UHGV virus genome: UHGV-0015805
DNA: 64,000 bases
Direction: 5' to 3' (one strand)
Source of the DNA: a virus
Of the stretch, positions 45,308 to 55,989 are shown in pieces (position 1 is the first letter of the stretch; each line of letters begins with the position of its first letter). The notes under the pieces were generated by a model, which searched no databases, was not told the origin of the DNA, and saw nothing but the letters and a program-made list of their open reading frames with translations. A program made the translations under genes and the position numbers.

Positions 45308-46366
45308 TTACTGCTCAACAGTAATATGCACAAATGCGGGGTCAACTTCCGTGCCAGTAAGCTTAACACTGACAACTGCATCGCCCGCAGTTGCTTTAGC
45401 GGTGATAACGCCAGTGTTTGCCCCAACAGTAACAGCAGAGCCAGAATCGACCGTAAAGGTCAGGTCTGCGTTATTCAGTTTCTTAGATGCGGTCATGCCA
45501 CCAAACACGCCATAAACATCAATGGTCGTGCTCGTGCTGACTTTCATGGTAACATCAGACGGAACGGGCGCAAGTGCGCGAACATTCGCTTTCCAGTCTG
45601 CGCCGAAGATTTCCTCAGTCATAGTGCCATAGTACGGATCCTCTTCGCAGCTGTCGCCCTCGTCAACTGCAAGTGCAGAGCCAGACAGGGAAATATTACC
45701 CACAGAAGAAGACGTGAGAGAAATCTCGTTCGAGCCATCCAACTGGAAGCTCGGAATGTCAACAATCAGTCTGCCATATTTTGTGGCGGAACCAACGTCA
45801 GCAGTCTCGCCGCTAAACAGGTCGTTCAGAAGCACAATGTGCACAACCTTCGGCACATACTGTGTCTTGATTTTAAGAGAACGCGCGTTTGCATTCTGAT
45901 AGAAATACTTAACACAATACTTGTCGCCAGCTTGCGCGCCACCAATGGTCAGAGTGCTACCTGTAACAGTACCAATGGTCCAGTTGGCATCAGCAGGCTT
46001 TTTATACCATGCGATAACAGAGCCGTCAAAAGCAACGGGCGCATTTGCAAGAGTAATCGTTCCGCCTGCAGCAACAGTTTCGCCAGTAGCAGCAGACTCA
46101 TAAAGAGTAATGCCGCCTTGGTTGATATCAACACCGAGGTTAAGCGCCATGTATTCAAGCGAGAACATAGCGTCAGTAATCGTCAGATTCAGAGCGCTGT
46201 CATGGAAGTATTTGCCCCAAAGCCCATTGGCAGCTCCTGCTCTAACTTCCTCATTCTCAATGGCGAAATTGAATGTGCTTTCGGTAAGCGTCTTGCATAC
46301 TGCAATCAGCTCATTGTTTGCAAACAGCAATGCTCTTGCAACCCCAGCAAGAAATTTCTTAGCCAT
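45308..46366 (-). CDS. major tail protein with C-terminal Ig-like (Big_2-type) domain
   Basis: Lies upstream of the chaperone-like ORFs and TMP; C-terminal TFTVDSGSAVTVGANTGVITAKATAGDAVVSVKL Ig-like; followed by a terminator. Confidence 0.45.
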   Translation of the reverse strand: MAKKFLAGVARALLFANNELIAVCKTLTESTFNFAIENEEVRAGAANGLWGKYFHDSALNLTITDAMFSLEYMALNLGVDINQGGITLYESAATGETVAAGGTITLANAPVAFDGSVIAWYKKPADANWTIGTVTGSTLTIGGAQAGDKYCVKYFYQNANARSLKIKTQYVPKVVHIVLLNDLFSGETADVGSATKYGRLIVDIPSFQLDGSNEISLTSSSVGNISLSGSALAVDEGDSCEEDPYYGTMTEEIFGADWKANVRALAPVPSDVTMKVSTSTTIDVYGVFGGMTASKKLNNADLTFTVDSGSAVTVGANTGVITAKATAGDAVVSVKLTGTEVDPAFVHITVEQ

Positions 46367-47211
46367 TATATTCCTCCTATATTATTTTTATTTAGGAAAT
46401 TGTCAAATTTGCTTTGCATCTCATTCCCATAAGACGCATCGTTTGTAACAGCCCGAATTGCCGAACTGCCACCCATAGACCGTGTGTAAGCATCCACATC
46501 GGTAATATATGAATCAAATGCCCCGCGCTTCTTCCGATAGACCCAGTGGTCAATATCTCCACCACCAAAAGCCGCTATGGAGGTCGTTGCGATATATTGC
46601 ACTTCACCGACAACTTCGGCAAAAACCAGCGAGAATTCCCGCATAGTCATTTCTTTTATGTCGGCGCGTTTAATCCCTGTGTGTGATGTTAGAATCGCCA
46701 TCTTGCGCTCAGTGTTCGGAATTTCAAGATTTTTATTCCTTAATTCGTCAGTCTCGCGCATAGCCTTCTTAAAATCTGGGTCAATGTATCTATCGTCATA
46801 ATCAACGAAGTTTTGATATAAAATTATTTTTGAAATGTCGTCAAACTGTTGGCAACTGATAGTTATGTCAAGATCACTATCGCGTATTGCGGGCTTGCCC
46901 CTTTTATCCAATATAATCTGCGGATTTTTTATCCCTAAACAAATCGCACAAATTGTCCCCAAATTAAGGGGATAGACATTCGATTGTGGGAATAAAACAT
47001 CTGTCAAAAATTTCAAATAAGGCATCTGAATTATCTCAACAGACGGGCTTGAGTTCTTATCAATCATGAGAATTTGCGCGCAAGTTGTAAATAATTCACT
47101 GTGCTTCATCTTGACTGGCGTAATAAGAACTTCTTTGCCATCGCCCAAATCATACGGAACAGGCTCATCAAATTGAAAGTATTGTTCCCGCAATATTTCG
47201 CGGTCAATCAT
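46366..47211 (-). CDS. hypothetical structural protein
   Basis: ORF. Confidence 0.4.
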   Translation of the reverse strand: MIDREILREQYFQFDEPVPYDLGDGKEVLITPVKMKHSELFTTCAQILMIDKNSSPSVEIIQMPYLKFLTDVLFPQSNVYPLNLGTICAICLGIKNPQIILDKRGKPAIRDSDLDITISCQQFDDISKIILYQNFVDYDDRYIDPDFKKAMRETDELRNKNLEIPNTERKMAILTSHTGIKRADIKEMTMREFSLVFAEVVGEVQYIATTSIAAFGGGDIDHWVYRKKRGAFDSYITDVDAYTRSMGGSSAIRAVTNDASYGNEMQSKFDNFLNKNNIGGI

Positions 47212-47782
47212 CGCAGCCCTCGTCTATGCCTGTATCGCCCATATTCGTTGCCAAATACAGTACATAGCCAGTGAATGTCTTTTGATTTCCGACCACAGAC
47301 TTTGCCCCGCAATAGCGAGATAAATCATCGTCAAGCATAAGTTTGCCAACCCCGCCAATTGTCACGCCATTAAGTACGGACAAGATGGAATTGATAAAAA
47401 CATCACCCCTTGCAACAGGAATGCCGTTATATTCGACCAACGACATTTGCCCGCCATAAAGGAAATCAAAGGCATAAATAACAGAGGATACATACGCCCC
47501 CTCGGGCTGAACCATATAGTCATACAGTTTGAACACACATTTTGATTGAGGTAATGCGTCCTCAATCAAATTTGTTAGAAAAATGCTATACTTTTCTTGC
47601 GGACCACTTCGCCAAAGCATGTCAAGCTTTTCACTTGTTGTTAAATTTGGCTTGTTCAGCGCATCATAATCGTTGTATTTTAGCATCTTCCACAAATTTT
47701 CGGCTTCGACCGATTTATCTGTTGCAAGATAATTGATAATGTTGTATAATGAAGGCGGCAATGCAGCCAAGCTATTAAACAT
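47204..47782 (-). CDS. hypothetical structural protein
   Basis: ORF. Confidence 0.4.
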   Translation of the reverse strand: MFNSLAALPPSLYNIINYLATDKSVEAENLWKMLKYNDYDALNKPNLTTSEKLDMLWRSGPQEKYSIFLTNLIEDALPQSKCVFKLYDYMVQPEGAYVSSVIYAFDFLYGGQMSLVEYNGIPVARGDVFINSILSVLNGVTIGGVGKLMLDDDLSRYCGAKSVVGNQKTFTGYVLYLATNMGDTGIDEGCDD

Positions 47783-47794
47783 CTAACCCCCTCC

Positions 47795-49072
47795 TTATCC
47801 AAACATTCCTACGGTCTTAACGGCAAAAACTTTCTCGGCGGAAATGTCCGTTCCTGTAATTTTTGCCGATACGGTCATTTCGATAGGTTGCTTTGCAATC
47901 TTCTTGCATATCATAAGATATTTTAAATCGTCGATTTTATCAATCGCAACAAATTCTCTGTCCGCATCAGCAATTGCAACAACCACATCTTCTAAGTCCG
48001 TTCTTGTCACGCCAGCATATTCAACAGCAATGTTAAACGAAATATTATCATTCTGCCGAATCTTTTCAAACAGCGGGTTTGTAACAATGTTTGCCGATTG
48101 TTTTTCAATATCGGCTATCATCACAGTGATAGATGCCGACACATTTTCATTGCCACTGAGCTGCGCCGTAATAGTGGCAGAGTCGCCCACTGCGCCAACG
48201 GCAGCATATTGCCCGTTCTCGTCAATTGTAACAACGCTTGTGTTGCTGGACGACCATTTGATGTTGCGCTCAACTTCTTCTCCATTCAGCACGACTGTCG
48301 CGGTCAATTTTGCGCCTGCACCAGTCACGACCGAAATATCATCAGAATTGATAGAAATACTGTAATCAAACTTACCATTGTCTGCAATCTGCGTGTCAAT
48401 GTTATCTCCATCATGCAACTCATCGAGATAAAGGTCTAAATAAAGCAGCGAAGGAATACCCTCATCTGCATTATTCAGTGCATTTTGATACGCATTAAGC
48501 TTAAATACACGAGCACCGATAATATATCTTGTATTCAGCCTTAACAGCCGCCAAGTTTCTTCAGAGCCCTGCACCATAACAGTTAAGTGATTGTTCGGCG
48601 TAATAACATATCTGCCGACCTGATTCATTGGAGAGCCAGCATCATATTCAACAATACAAGGCATGCTAACCACAGCGCCGTTCAGCGGGTCAATAATTCT
48701 CAACGCATTATTGCATCTGCGAATATTCACCGCTTTGGGCAAGCCGCCAAATGGGTTAGAGCTTGTAGCAAGCCAAGTGTTGCCGTCAAATTTATATTGC
48801 AATCCGCGTGGTACTCTGTGATAAATATCCTTAAAAATGAGCTTCAAGAAATCACGAGCGTCTCTTGCACCACTCGTTACATCGTCAACCGTAGTGTCAA
48901 TCCACGCCTCAATAGGATAAAAATCTTCCGAGCCAATGTCCCACTGTTCAAGCAACGCTCCGCCATTTGCGGGCGATAAAGCAGATGTATTGTCCCACTG
49001 GTCGTCAATAAAAGCCTGCATTAAGTCCCTATATTGATTGTTCGGTGTGGCTGTGTAATACTGCAATGCCAT
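47795..49072 (-). CDS. structural protein with Ig-like (Big_2) domain
   Basis: SVVTIDENGQYAAVGAVGDSATITAQL. Confidence 0.4.
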   Translation of the reverse strand: MALQYYTATPNNQYRDLMQAFIDDQWDNTSALSPANGGALLEQWDIGSEDFYPIEAWIDTTVDDVTSGARDARDFLKLIFKDIYHRVPRGLQYKFDGNTWLATSSNPFGGLPKAVNIRRCNNALRIIDPLNGAVVSMPCIVEYDAGSPMNQVGRYVITPNNHLTVMVQGSEETWRLLRLNTRYIIGARVFKLNAYQNALNNADEGIPSLLYLDLYLDELHDGDNIDTQIADNGKFDYSISINSDDISVVTGAGAKLTATVVLNGEEVERNIKWSSSNTSVVTIDENGQYAAVGAVGDSATITAQLSGNENVSASITVMIADIEKQSANIVTNPLFEKIRQNDNISFNIAVEYAGVTRTDLEDVVVAIADADREFVAIDKIDDLKYLMICKKIAKQPIEMTVSAKITGTDISAEKVFAVKTVGMFG

Positions 49073-49075
49073 GTA

Positions 49076-49318
49076 TTACACCTCCCTATCACCAATCAAA
49101 TGAAAAACTACTGCCCTCACAGTATCGTGCGAAACATCGTGCCCCATCTCATGTAACCCACGAACGGTCGCATAAGACTCTAAATCACCTTGCCCGCGCA
49201 ACTTTACGCACAAGCGAGACAAATACTTCAAATATGCCACAAATTTTTCATCTGTGTCAGCATCTTCAAACAGCCCCAAAATTTTATAGAAAGCGTCTGC
49301 TCTTTTATCTTTGCTCAT
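49076..49318 (-). CDS. hypothetical protein
   Basis: ORF. Confidence 0.35.
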   Translation of the reverse strand: MSKDKRADAFYKILGLFEDADTDEKFVAYLKYLSRLCVKLRGQGDLESYATVRGLHEMGHDVSHDTVRAVVFHLIGDREV

Positions 49319-49327
49319 AACGCCTCC

Positions 49328-49759
49328 TCATAAATCTATGCTGTCTAAATTTGCCGCAAGATATGCATTTATCTGTCTTGCATTTTCTTCGCGCAGTTTG
49401 TCGATAACATTCTGTTTTTCTTTGAAATTTTGGGCTTCACTGTTAAATACAAATGATGAATTACTCTTTAATTTCAAAGCAATCTGCGCAGCATTGTTGT
49501 TTTCTCTCTGCCACCAAGTAATGACAAAGAAATTGGCAAGAATAGAAACTTCCTGCTCATTCAGGTCTGCAATAAACGTCCGAGCTTCCTCGTCGTATTG
49601 CAAAGACTTTAAGCATTCATAGAACTGCGGGACCGCAACCATAAGCAATCCGTCGCAATATTTTTCAAACCCGTCAATGCTTGAATCAAAGAGCTTTTTT
49701 AGCTTATAATCTTCAATGACTGCAAGCGCACGGGTCTCAATCGTGTCAAATGAGGTCAA
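49328..49759 (-). CDS. hypothetical (head-tail connector region) protein
   Basis: ORF. Confidence 0.35.
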   Translation of the reverse strand: MTSFDTIETRALAVIEDYKLKKLFDSSIDGFEKYCDGLLMVAVPQFYECLKSLQYDEEARTFIADLNEQEVSILANFFVITWWQRENNNAAQIALKLKSNSSFVFNSEAQNFKEKQNVIDKLREENARQINAYLAANLDSIDL

Positions 49760-50398
49760 TTATTTCACCTCGTTCTCGTCCGCTCCAACATCTGCCAAAA
49801 AGTCAATTTTGCTCAGTCTGCCAATCTGTTGCGTGATGTTCGCGTCGACCTCTTCGCCATTAGAGACCTTTTCAAGAATCATATTCTCGATAATGCCCTT
49901 CTGAGAATCCGAGCAATTCTTGTATGTTTCAATAATGCTCTTTGCGTCCAACTCAAACAAATGCGACAAATCAGCATCAGAAAGCAAATATCTGTACACC
50001 TCGGTCAGATTATGTTGTTCAACAAATTCTGCGTCGGCAATATAAACACTGCCGCTTCTAATGCATTCACTCATATTGTTTACAATGATTGCCGCTTCGG
50101 TCTCAAGAAAATCACGGTAGTTAAACTGCCCCTCGATTTTCCAAATCATCGTGCCACGCAGAACAAGCGTTCCTGGCACAAGATTAACAAATCGAATGGT
50201 CTTTGTTTTGGTGTTTTGCGGTGCTTCAGCCGCTTGCACTGCGTAAGCAACTGGCGCAGGCTGTGCTTTCAAAGCCTCCTGCATTGCCGCAATTTGAGCC
50301 TGTAATTCCTTTACCTGTTTTTCAAGCAGGGCAGATGTGTCATTGGCGGTTTTATTCGTAGTCTTGGGCTTGTTAGACCCAGTGGTTTTTCCTGCCAT
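49760..50398 (-). CDS. hypothetical protein with N-terminal coiled coil
   Basis: ORF. Confidence 0.4.
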   Translation of the reverse strand: MAGKTTGSNKPKTTNKTANDTSALLEKQVKELQAQIAAMQEALKAQPAPVAYAVQAAEAPQNTKTKTIRFVNLVPGTLVLRGTMIWKIEGQFNYRDFLETEAAIIVNNMSECIRSGSVYIADAEFVEQHNLTEVYRYLLSDADLSHLFELDAKSIIETYKNCSDSQKGIIENMILEKVSNGEEVDANITQQIGRLSKIDFLADVGADENEVK

Positions 50399-50473
50399 GT
50401 TTATCTCCTTTTATTCCATTTGTTCTTAAATATACAGGAGCGGACTATTAAGCCCGCCCCTATAATGCATTAC

Positions 50474-51328
50474 TTACTGAATGGTATAAACGCCAGCATA
50501 AGCAGAAGAAGCATATGCAAACGCATAGCTGATTCTCTGCGTGAAGTTGCTGGTGATGTCGGCATTCATATAGAAATCATTGCTGTTCGTCAGTTTCGTA
50601 GACAGAACGCCCTTCAGCAGTTTGTCCTGAGACGGAGAAACAACATAAATCTTGTTGTCGGGCAGAACGAGCTGACCGTCAGCGCCAACAGCGTTGTCAA
50701 GCTTCAGCACATCAAAGCCCATGATGCTTCTCATAAGCTCAACCTTGCCGTCGCCTTCGCCATCAACATTCAGACGATAGCCAGAAGTGCTGTCAGGGAT
50801 AACATTCATAAGAGCAGTAGCAGAGCCTGCGAACACAGGACGCACACCGCCATTGCGATACTGCACAGTTTCGCCCATCTTGACAAGCGTCTTGAGGTCG
50901 AACGCGCCAGTAACACTCAGAGCACCTGCAGGAATGGTAGCCAGACCAGCAGTCAGAATGTTCAGAGCATCGCCATACATTGCGGCATTGATGGACGCCA
51001 CAACCCACATCAGCATTTCGCCAATATCTTCCTTGCCCGCAAGAACATTGTACATCTTAGCAAAGACTGTAACAATGCGTTCCTCGGGAGCAACAGTCAC
51101 ATCGGTGGAATAACCGTGCTGTCTAAACGAGGTCCTTTCAGAACGCCCACCTTTTGAAATCAAGTAGTAGCCTCTTGCAGGCACGCGGAACTTAACCACA
51201 TCACCAGCGTTTTCAGTACGCATGTCAGCGAACAGGTTAAACTGCGGCAGAATGGTCTGCGGAATAATTGCACGGACGGTCGCATTTGCAATCGAAAGTG
51301 CAGCAATAATGTTCACATAAAGGCGCAA
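50474..51328 (-). CDS. major capsid protein (HK97-fold-like); frame open ~26 codons upstream of the TTG, possibly a 3' exon
   Basis: About 285 aa, position after the scaffold-like gene; upstream frame open back to 51400. Confidence 0.45.
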   Translation of the reverse strand: MRLYVNIIAALSIANATVRAIIPQTILPQFNLFADMRTENAGDVVKFRVPARGYYLISKGGRSERTSFRQHGYSTDVTVAPEERIVTVFAKMYNVLAGKEDIGEMLMWVVASINAAMYGDALNILTAGLATIPAGALSVTGAFDLKTLVKMGETVQYRNGGVRPVFAGSATALMNVIPDSTSGYRLNVDGEGDGKVELMRSIMGFDVLKLDNAVGADGQLVLPDNKIYVVSPSQDKLLKGVLSTKLTNSNDFYMNADITSNFTQRISYAFAYASSAYAGVYTIQ

Positions 51329-52775
51329 CCCCTTATGCAGTCTTGTTTCCGTGCGAAACAGACCTCTCGTATTTTCATACGATGTTCAGACTATATCTTC
51401 TTCTTATATATCAATTCTTAAATAATGATGCTCAGTATCGACCAAATACTGCACCCCTTGTTTAATTTGTTCTTTTGTGGGGACATTTCCCTTGCTCAAA
51501 AACCTCAAGACTTTTATCCCTTTGCGCATAGAATAAAAGTCTCTGCGTTTGTCTTGTTCTTTTTTGTTTTTGTGCCAAAAATACCCATCAAATTCAACAT
51601 CAATTTTAACATCACCAATAACAAGTAGACAATCATAAATCACTTTATCAAACGGATAAGATGGGAAGCAATTTTCTTCTCCATACATTTCAATCAAAAG
51701 AGCCACCATTTCTTTCTCTGCTTTAGAGCTTGGGATGGTCCCATTGTTAATCATTGTCGCCCAGGATTTATGTCGCACCTCTGGACTCGATTGGGAACTT
51801 TCACCGCCATATCTCTCAACGCAAGTTTTCTTGGCTTTTTTAATTACCCCATCTGATTTAGCAGGGTTGTCTACTCCATATTTCTCAAGACATGTTTTCT
51901 TAATTTTGTTCTGAATTTCTGGCGACTGCGAAACATTATTAACGCCATACTTTTTTATAATGGTATTTTTTGCCTTTTCTTTGAATTGTTGAACATGAAA
52001 CGGCGCAACAGCCCCATATCTTTCGCGCATAGTACGACTTGCTTTTTCTTTAACCTCTTTGTTTCCAAGCGAACACTCGATCCCATATTTTTTAATGTTT
52101 GTCCGTTTTATTTTTTCGGCAAATCTCGGAGACTGAATCGCTGCTACAACGCCATATTTAGTTTTCATAGTTTCACGCATTTTAATATTGCCACAGTCTT
52201 TACAAGCAGATTTATTGGATTCTTTTATGGAGCTATAATAGTTGTCTATAGTCTTTGTGAAAATTTTATGGCAATAGTCACATTCTACTTGTATTTTCTC
52301 TTTTGAACCATGGGTAACAAGTTCTGCTGGAACCTCTATCCAATCTTTACAACTCGTAAATGTATATCCAATAGACTCATAATATTTACGATTATTTGGA
52401 TTCCATTTAATTTTTATGTATTGCCCTGGTACAATCATAATATCACTCAATTCTTGGTCTGTTTTTGATATATAAGAGTTACATTTTTCTTCCCGCATTA
52501 GCTTCGGGTTTTACTCCCCCTCAAGGGGATAGTCGTTGGGGGTTTCTCATATGCATTTGTCACATTTTATAGTGCATCAATACACTTAGAGCTTTCCCTG
52601 CGAAAGACCCATTTACATTCACTTAGGATTTAACCATATGAATATCCTCTAACTTTTTTCTGTTTTCACAGCCATTCAGCTTGCCTTTTCAAGCTACTGT
52701 TTAGGCATAGAGGCTTTAGGGATTCAACGCATTTAACGTAAAGTCTTTACATTTTGCAATATAAAGAGGGCTTCA
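51329..52775 (-). mobile_element. group I intron-like element with endonuclease ORF upstream of (or splitting) the capsid gene
   Basis: Minus-sense CCCAACGACTATCCCCTTGAGGGGGAGTAA (R element plus P8-like hairpin); cctaaagcct shared with intron B. Boundaries approximate. Confidence 0.45.
51404..52498 (-). CDS. homing endonuclease, Vsr/DUF559-like PD-(D/E)xK C-terminal domain with tandem KYGV repeats
   Basis: IDVEFDGYFWHKNKKEQDKRRDFYSMRKGIKVLRF; repeated KYG..N.SQSPE..K.K.T motifs. Confidence 0.55.
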   Translation of the reverse strand: MREEKCNSYISKTDQELSDIMIVPGQYIKIKWNPNNRKYYESIGYTFTSCKDWIEVPAELVTHGSKEKIQVECDYCHKIFTKTIDNYYSSIKESNKSACKDCGNIKMRETMKTKYGVVAAIQSPRFAEKIKRTNIKKYGIECSLGNKEVKEKASRTMRERYGAVAPFHVQQFKEKAKNTIIKKYGVNNVSQSPEIQNKIKKTCLEKYGVDNPAKSDGVIKKAKKTCVERYGGESSQSSPEVRHKSWATMINNGTIPSSKAEKEMVALLIEMYGEENCFPSYPFDKVIYDCLLVIGDVKIDVEFDGYFWHKNKKEQDKRRDFYSMRKGIKVLRFLSKGNVPTKEQIKQGVQYLVDTEHHYLRIDI

Positions 52776-53015
52776 AATTCTTACCCACTGAACAGACGGA
52801 TGGTTAATCCACGCATCCTGCTCAAGCCCTTCACGAGCAACGCCAGACTTGCGCTCAACCTCAGACATAAAAGCGGTCTGAAGCAGACCCTTCTTCTCAG
52901 AGGAGCGCTCTTTATCTACAACATAAGACATTGCTGCTTCATAGAAATCAGTGTTCCCAGCAGCAAACTTAATCAGTTCTTGATTCGTCAGCATATTATA
53001 ATATTCTCCTTTCAA
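52773..53015 (-). CDS. hypothetical 80-aa protein (candidate 5' exon of the capsid gene)
   Basis: ORF ends just upstream of the intron-like region. Confidence 0.3.
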   Translation of the reverse strand: MKGEYYNMLTNQELIKFAAGNTDFYEAAMSYVVDKERSSEKKGLLQTAFMSEVERKSGVAREGLEQDAWINHPSVQWVRI

Positions 53016-53025
53016 AGTTTCTTAA

Positions 53026-53577
53026 TTAGTGATAGTTCGCCATGCAGCGCAGGAGAACAGCGGGAACTTCCTCGAAACCGCACTTAATGGTCGTCAGACC
53101 CTCAATGCGGAAGTAAGCGCCAGACTCAGGAGCATCAGCTGCGGGTGCAGCATACTTGCCGTCAGCAGCAGGAGCAACATACTTGCCAATGTCGCCAACT
53201 ACGGGCAGAGTGCCAGCGGCAAACAGTTCTTTAGTGATTTCAAAGCAGTCAACACCGCCCATGACAGCCCGCAGGCTCATCGGCTTGCCAGCTTCATTGT
53301 AGAAGTAGCGCGGGTCGTCGTGAATCTGCGTCTCGAGCGTGTAACCAAGCTCGGGGCTCTCAACGAGCCAAACATTATCAGCGCCAGCCGTTGCGGGCTT
53401 AACCGCATAGTCGTAACCCTGCACTGCGCCAGTAGTCGCATTCTTGCGAATGCCATCAAGAGTGACAAGCTGACCATTATCAAGGTCGCCGTCTGCATAT
53501 ACGCCGCACATAGTCAGCGCATCATTGTCCCACGCCATCAAGTGCGAGGAAATCAGAATGCCATGATTCTTAGCCAT
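53026..53577 (-). CDS. hypothetical head protein
   Basis: ORF. Confidence 0.4.
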   Translation of the reverse strand: MAKNHGILISSHLMAWDNDALTMCGVYADGDLDNGQLVTLDGIRKNATTGAVQGYDYAVKPATAGADNVWLVESPELGYTLETQIHDDPRYFYNEAGKPMSLRAVMGGVDCFEITKELFAAGTLPVVGDIGKYVAPAADGKYAAPAADAPESGAYFRIEGLTTIKCGFEEVPAVLLRCMANYH

Positions 53578-53595
53578 ATTATTTAATCTCCTATC

Positions 53596-55257
53596 TTAAT
53601 AATTTTCTTTGATTCTGTCCCATACATTCATGGTAGACATATCTTTCTTTTGAATTTCAATCGGTTTAGAGAAAGCGAAGATTTTATCTGCGTCTTTCTT
53701 TGCCGCCTTTTTGAACGCATTAAAGCACTGTGCCTTAACCTTATTACCAAAAGCATCAATCTCGTCCTTGCCACAAGCAAGTCCCTCGGCACGCAGTTCC
53801 TGATATTTGTCGGCATCAAGATAATCCTTGACTTCATCCAAAATATCTTCAACGCGCTTAGCAATCTCTTTTTCTTCAATCGCCGCCTTGTATGCTTTCA
53901 GTTCGTCAAGCTCTTTTCTCAACTCGTCGATTTCGGCATCTTTCTGCATAATAATTGCGTCTTTTTCGTCGGGCTCATCTTCAGACTTGCCCTCTTCACC
54001 CATGAGATGTTTGAACTCTTCAGGGCAAGAGAACCGCTTAATATCATCGGTTTCGACAAACTCAATGTCAACTTTGACCATTTCATCGTCCATGAACAGC
54101 CCATCTTCCGTATAGCTAAAATTGATACGGAATCTGTCGCCGTCATCATTTCTGACAATCACAAACTTTTTATTATCCTGTTCAAAAATGCCGTCAATGT
54201 ACCAACGCCAATCATAATTTCTTGCACGAAGCTCATCATTGATTTTCGTCCACATAAGATTGAGGTCAACAGCCGCAAATGCAACTTCTTTGCTCATTTT
54301 TTCATCGTCCTCCTTTCCCTCTTCGTTCAAATCTAATTCATCATAGATTTCTTTTAATTTATTCAAAACCTCCTGCTCGTCATTCTGTTTAGCATAAGCC
54401 AAAGCAGAAGCAAGAGCACGAGTTGAATAACGCCATTCGCCGTCGAACAGCCCCATTACGGGGTAGCCAAGCTTAGTCACCTCTCTGTCCTCCCAGCCTT
54501 CCTCAAGATTGAGACAGACCTTTGGTGCGAGAGATTTATAATTCTTCTCTTTAATCAAATCTTGCTTGGCCTTGTTTCCATCCCACTCACCAGTATAAAC
54601 GGCGTCTTTAGAAGTGTTGATGGGATGAGATACATATTTCTTTTCAGCCATAGATTGTTTCCTCGTTTCAACAAATTTGGTTAGATTAGATACGGCATTT
54701 GTAGCACTGGCAAAATAAGCATCAGCCTCTTCTGCTGTGAACCGCACCATCTGTATATCTGCATCAGGACATGAACCGTTCACCTTTTTCCCAAGACAAG
54801 TTAGTCCAAAGATATCAAATGCTATAACCTCATGTTCGTCATCATCTTCTGTGTCAACTGTCATTTCCACAGAACTATTACGCAAATTGTCAAATTCAAA
54901 AATATCGTTAAAATCTTTTCCATATTTTTTACTGACAACCGAATAAGCATATGCCTTGGTCACACCTGCATCTTCAACAAACTCAATGTCTTGTTCTATA
55001 GGAAAATAGCCATATATAATTTCATCGTATTCATGACTCATTGCATCGCCAAATCGCACCTTAGCCACAAGGAAATTGCCAAGAATGGTGCCAGCATATT
55101 CCCGCAATACATCATCGTTAATGTTCAGCTCGTGTGCGTTTGGTTTGGTGCTAAGAAAGCAACACTTATACACGGCGAATTTATGCTCTGGATAGGCATC
55201 TGTCCAATGAGGAATTTCTACGGCGTCCTCCATTTGAAACCTTACATTTTTTCTCAA
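53596..55257 (-). CDS. head morphogenesis protein (protease/scaffold-like, C-terminal coiled coil)
   Basis: 553 aa; acidic coiled-coil C-terminal half; position after the portal. Confidence 0.35.
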   Translation of the reverse strand: MRKNVRFQMEDAVEIPHWTDAYPEHKFAVYKCCFLSTKPNAHELNINDDVLREYAGTILGNFLVAKVRFGDAMSHEYDEIIYGYFPIEQDIEFVEDAGVTKAYAYSVVSKKYGKDFNDIFEFDNLRNSSVEMTVDTEDDDEHEVIAFDIFGLTCLGKKVNGSCPDADIQMVRFTAEEADAYFASATNAVSNLTKFVETRKQSMAEKKYVSHPINTSKDAVYTGEWDGNKAKQDLIKEKNYKSLAPKVCLNLEEGWEDREVTKLGYPVMGLFDGEWRYSTRALASALAYAKQNDEQEVLNKLKEIYDELDLNEEGKEDDEKMSKEVAFAAVDLNLMWTKINDELRARNYDWRWYIDGIFEQDNKKFVIVRNDDGDRFRINFSYTEDGLFMDDEMVKVDIEFVETDDIKRFSCPEEFKHLMGEEGKSEDEPDEKDAIIMQKDAEIDELRKELDELKAYKAAIEEKEIAKRVEDILDEVKDYLDADKYQELRAEGLACGKDEIDAFGNKVKAQCFNAFKKAAKKDADKIFAFSKPIEIQKKDMSTMNVWDRIKENY

Positions 55258-55292
55258 TGTTCATCCTCCTTTCCTCAAGGATAGCAAATATA

Positions 55293-55472
55293 TTAAAGCT
55301 CAATGCCGTTATCGGCACAGAACTTCAACATCTTTTTAGTGCGCTTGAACCACAAGCTACCATCATCATCTTTCCACTCAGGAATGTTACCTGCCTGATG
55401 CGCCATAAACGCCAAATTGCCATCAAGGCATACATATTTACTCACATCGGCAGGTGTGCCAAGTAGAATCAT
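55293..55472 (-). CDS. small protein, paralog copy 2 of 57195-57380
   Basis: MILLGTPADVSKYVCLDG...DGSLWFKRTKKMLKF against MIILGSPKDDELDQYICLDG...DGFLWFKRTKKLLRF. Confidence 0.45.
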   Translation of the reverse strand: MILLGTPADVSKYVCLDGNLAFMAHQAGNIPEWKDDDGSLWFKRTKKMLKFCADNGIEL

Positions 55473-55473
55473 G

Positions 55474-55989
55474 TTAGTTGGACTCCTTGAGAATCCAGAA
55501 GTCAGGAACATCGTGGTCATAAGCGCCGATTCTTTCATCGCCATAAATGACCATCTTATCATTGAGCAAAATTACCTGCTCGACGATTTCATTTACATCC
55601 TCCAGCATATCCAGCAAATCGGCATAAACATGGATATCGTTGTTATCAAGCGCAATTTTGCATGCGCCCATAAACATTATCTGGAAATCAATGACGCGTC
55701 GTTCAACCTCAGCAATAATGTCGCTGGCTCTGTCATAATCCTCAGCGCCACTTGGCGTCTCGCCATAGATGACGGCGATATTATAGCGCTCAAGGCATCT
55801 CTCTGCGATTTTATCTGCCAGCGCTAACGGCCAATGGGCAATCCCGTGATGGATTAAATTTGCAGACTGATTGCAAGCAAATTTTACACCTAAGACCGAA
55901 ACGCACCTATCTGTAACTCTGTTGAGAACAAAGCACTGTTTGATTAACTCCATAAGAGCGGACTGTGTGTTATTAGATACAATCGTCAT
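55474..55989 (-). CDS. hypothetical protein (cargo of the endonuclease cassette)
   Basis: 171-aa ORF. Confidence 0.4.
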   Translation of the reverse strand: MTIVSNNTQSALMELIKQCFVLNRVTDRCVSVLGVKFACNQSANLIHHGIAHWPLALADKIAERCLERYNIAVIYGETPSGAEDYDRASDIIAEVERRVIDFQIMFMGACKIALDNNDIHVYADLLDMLEDVNEIVEQVILLNDKMVIYGDERIGAYDHDVPDFWILKESN

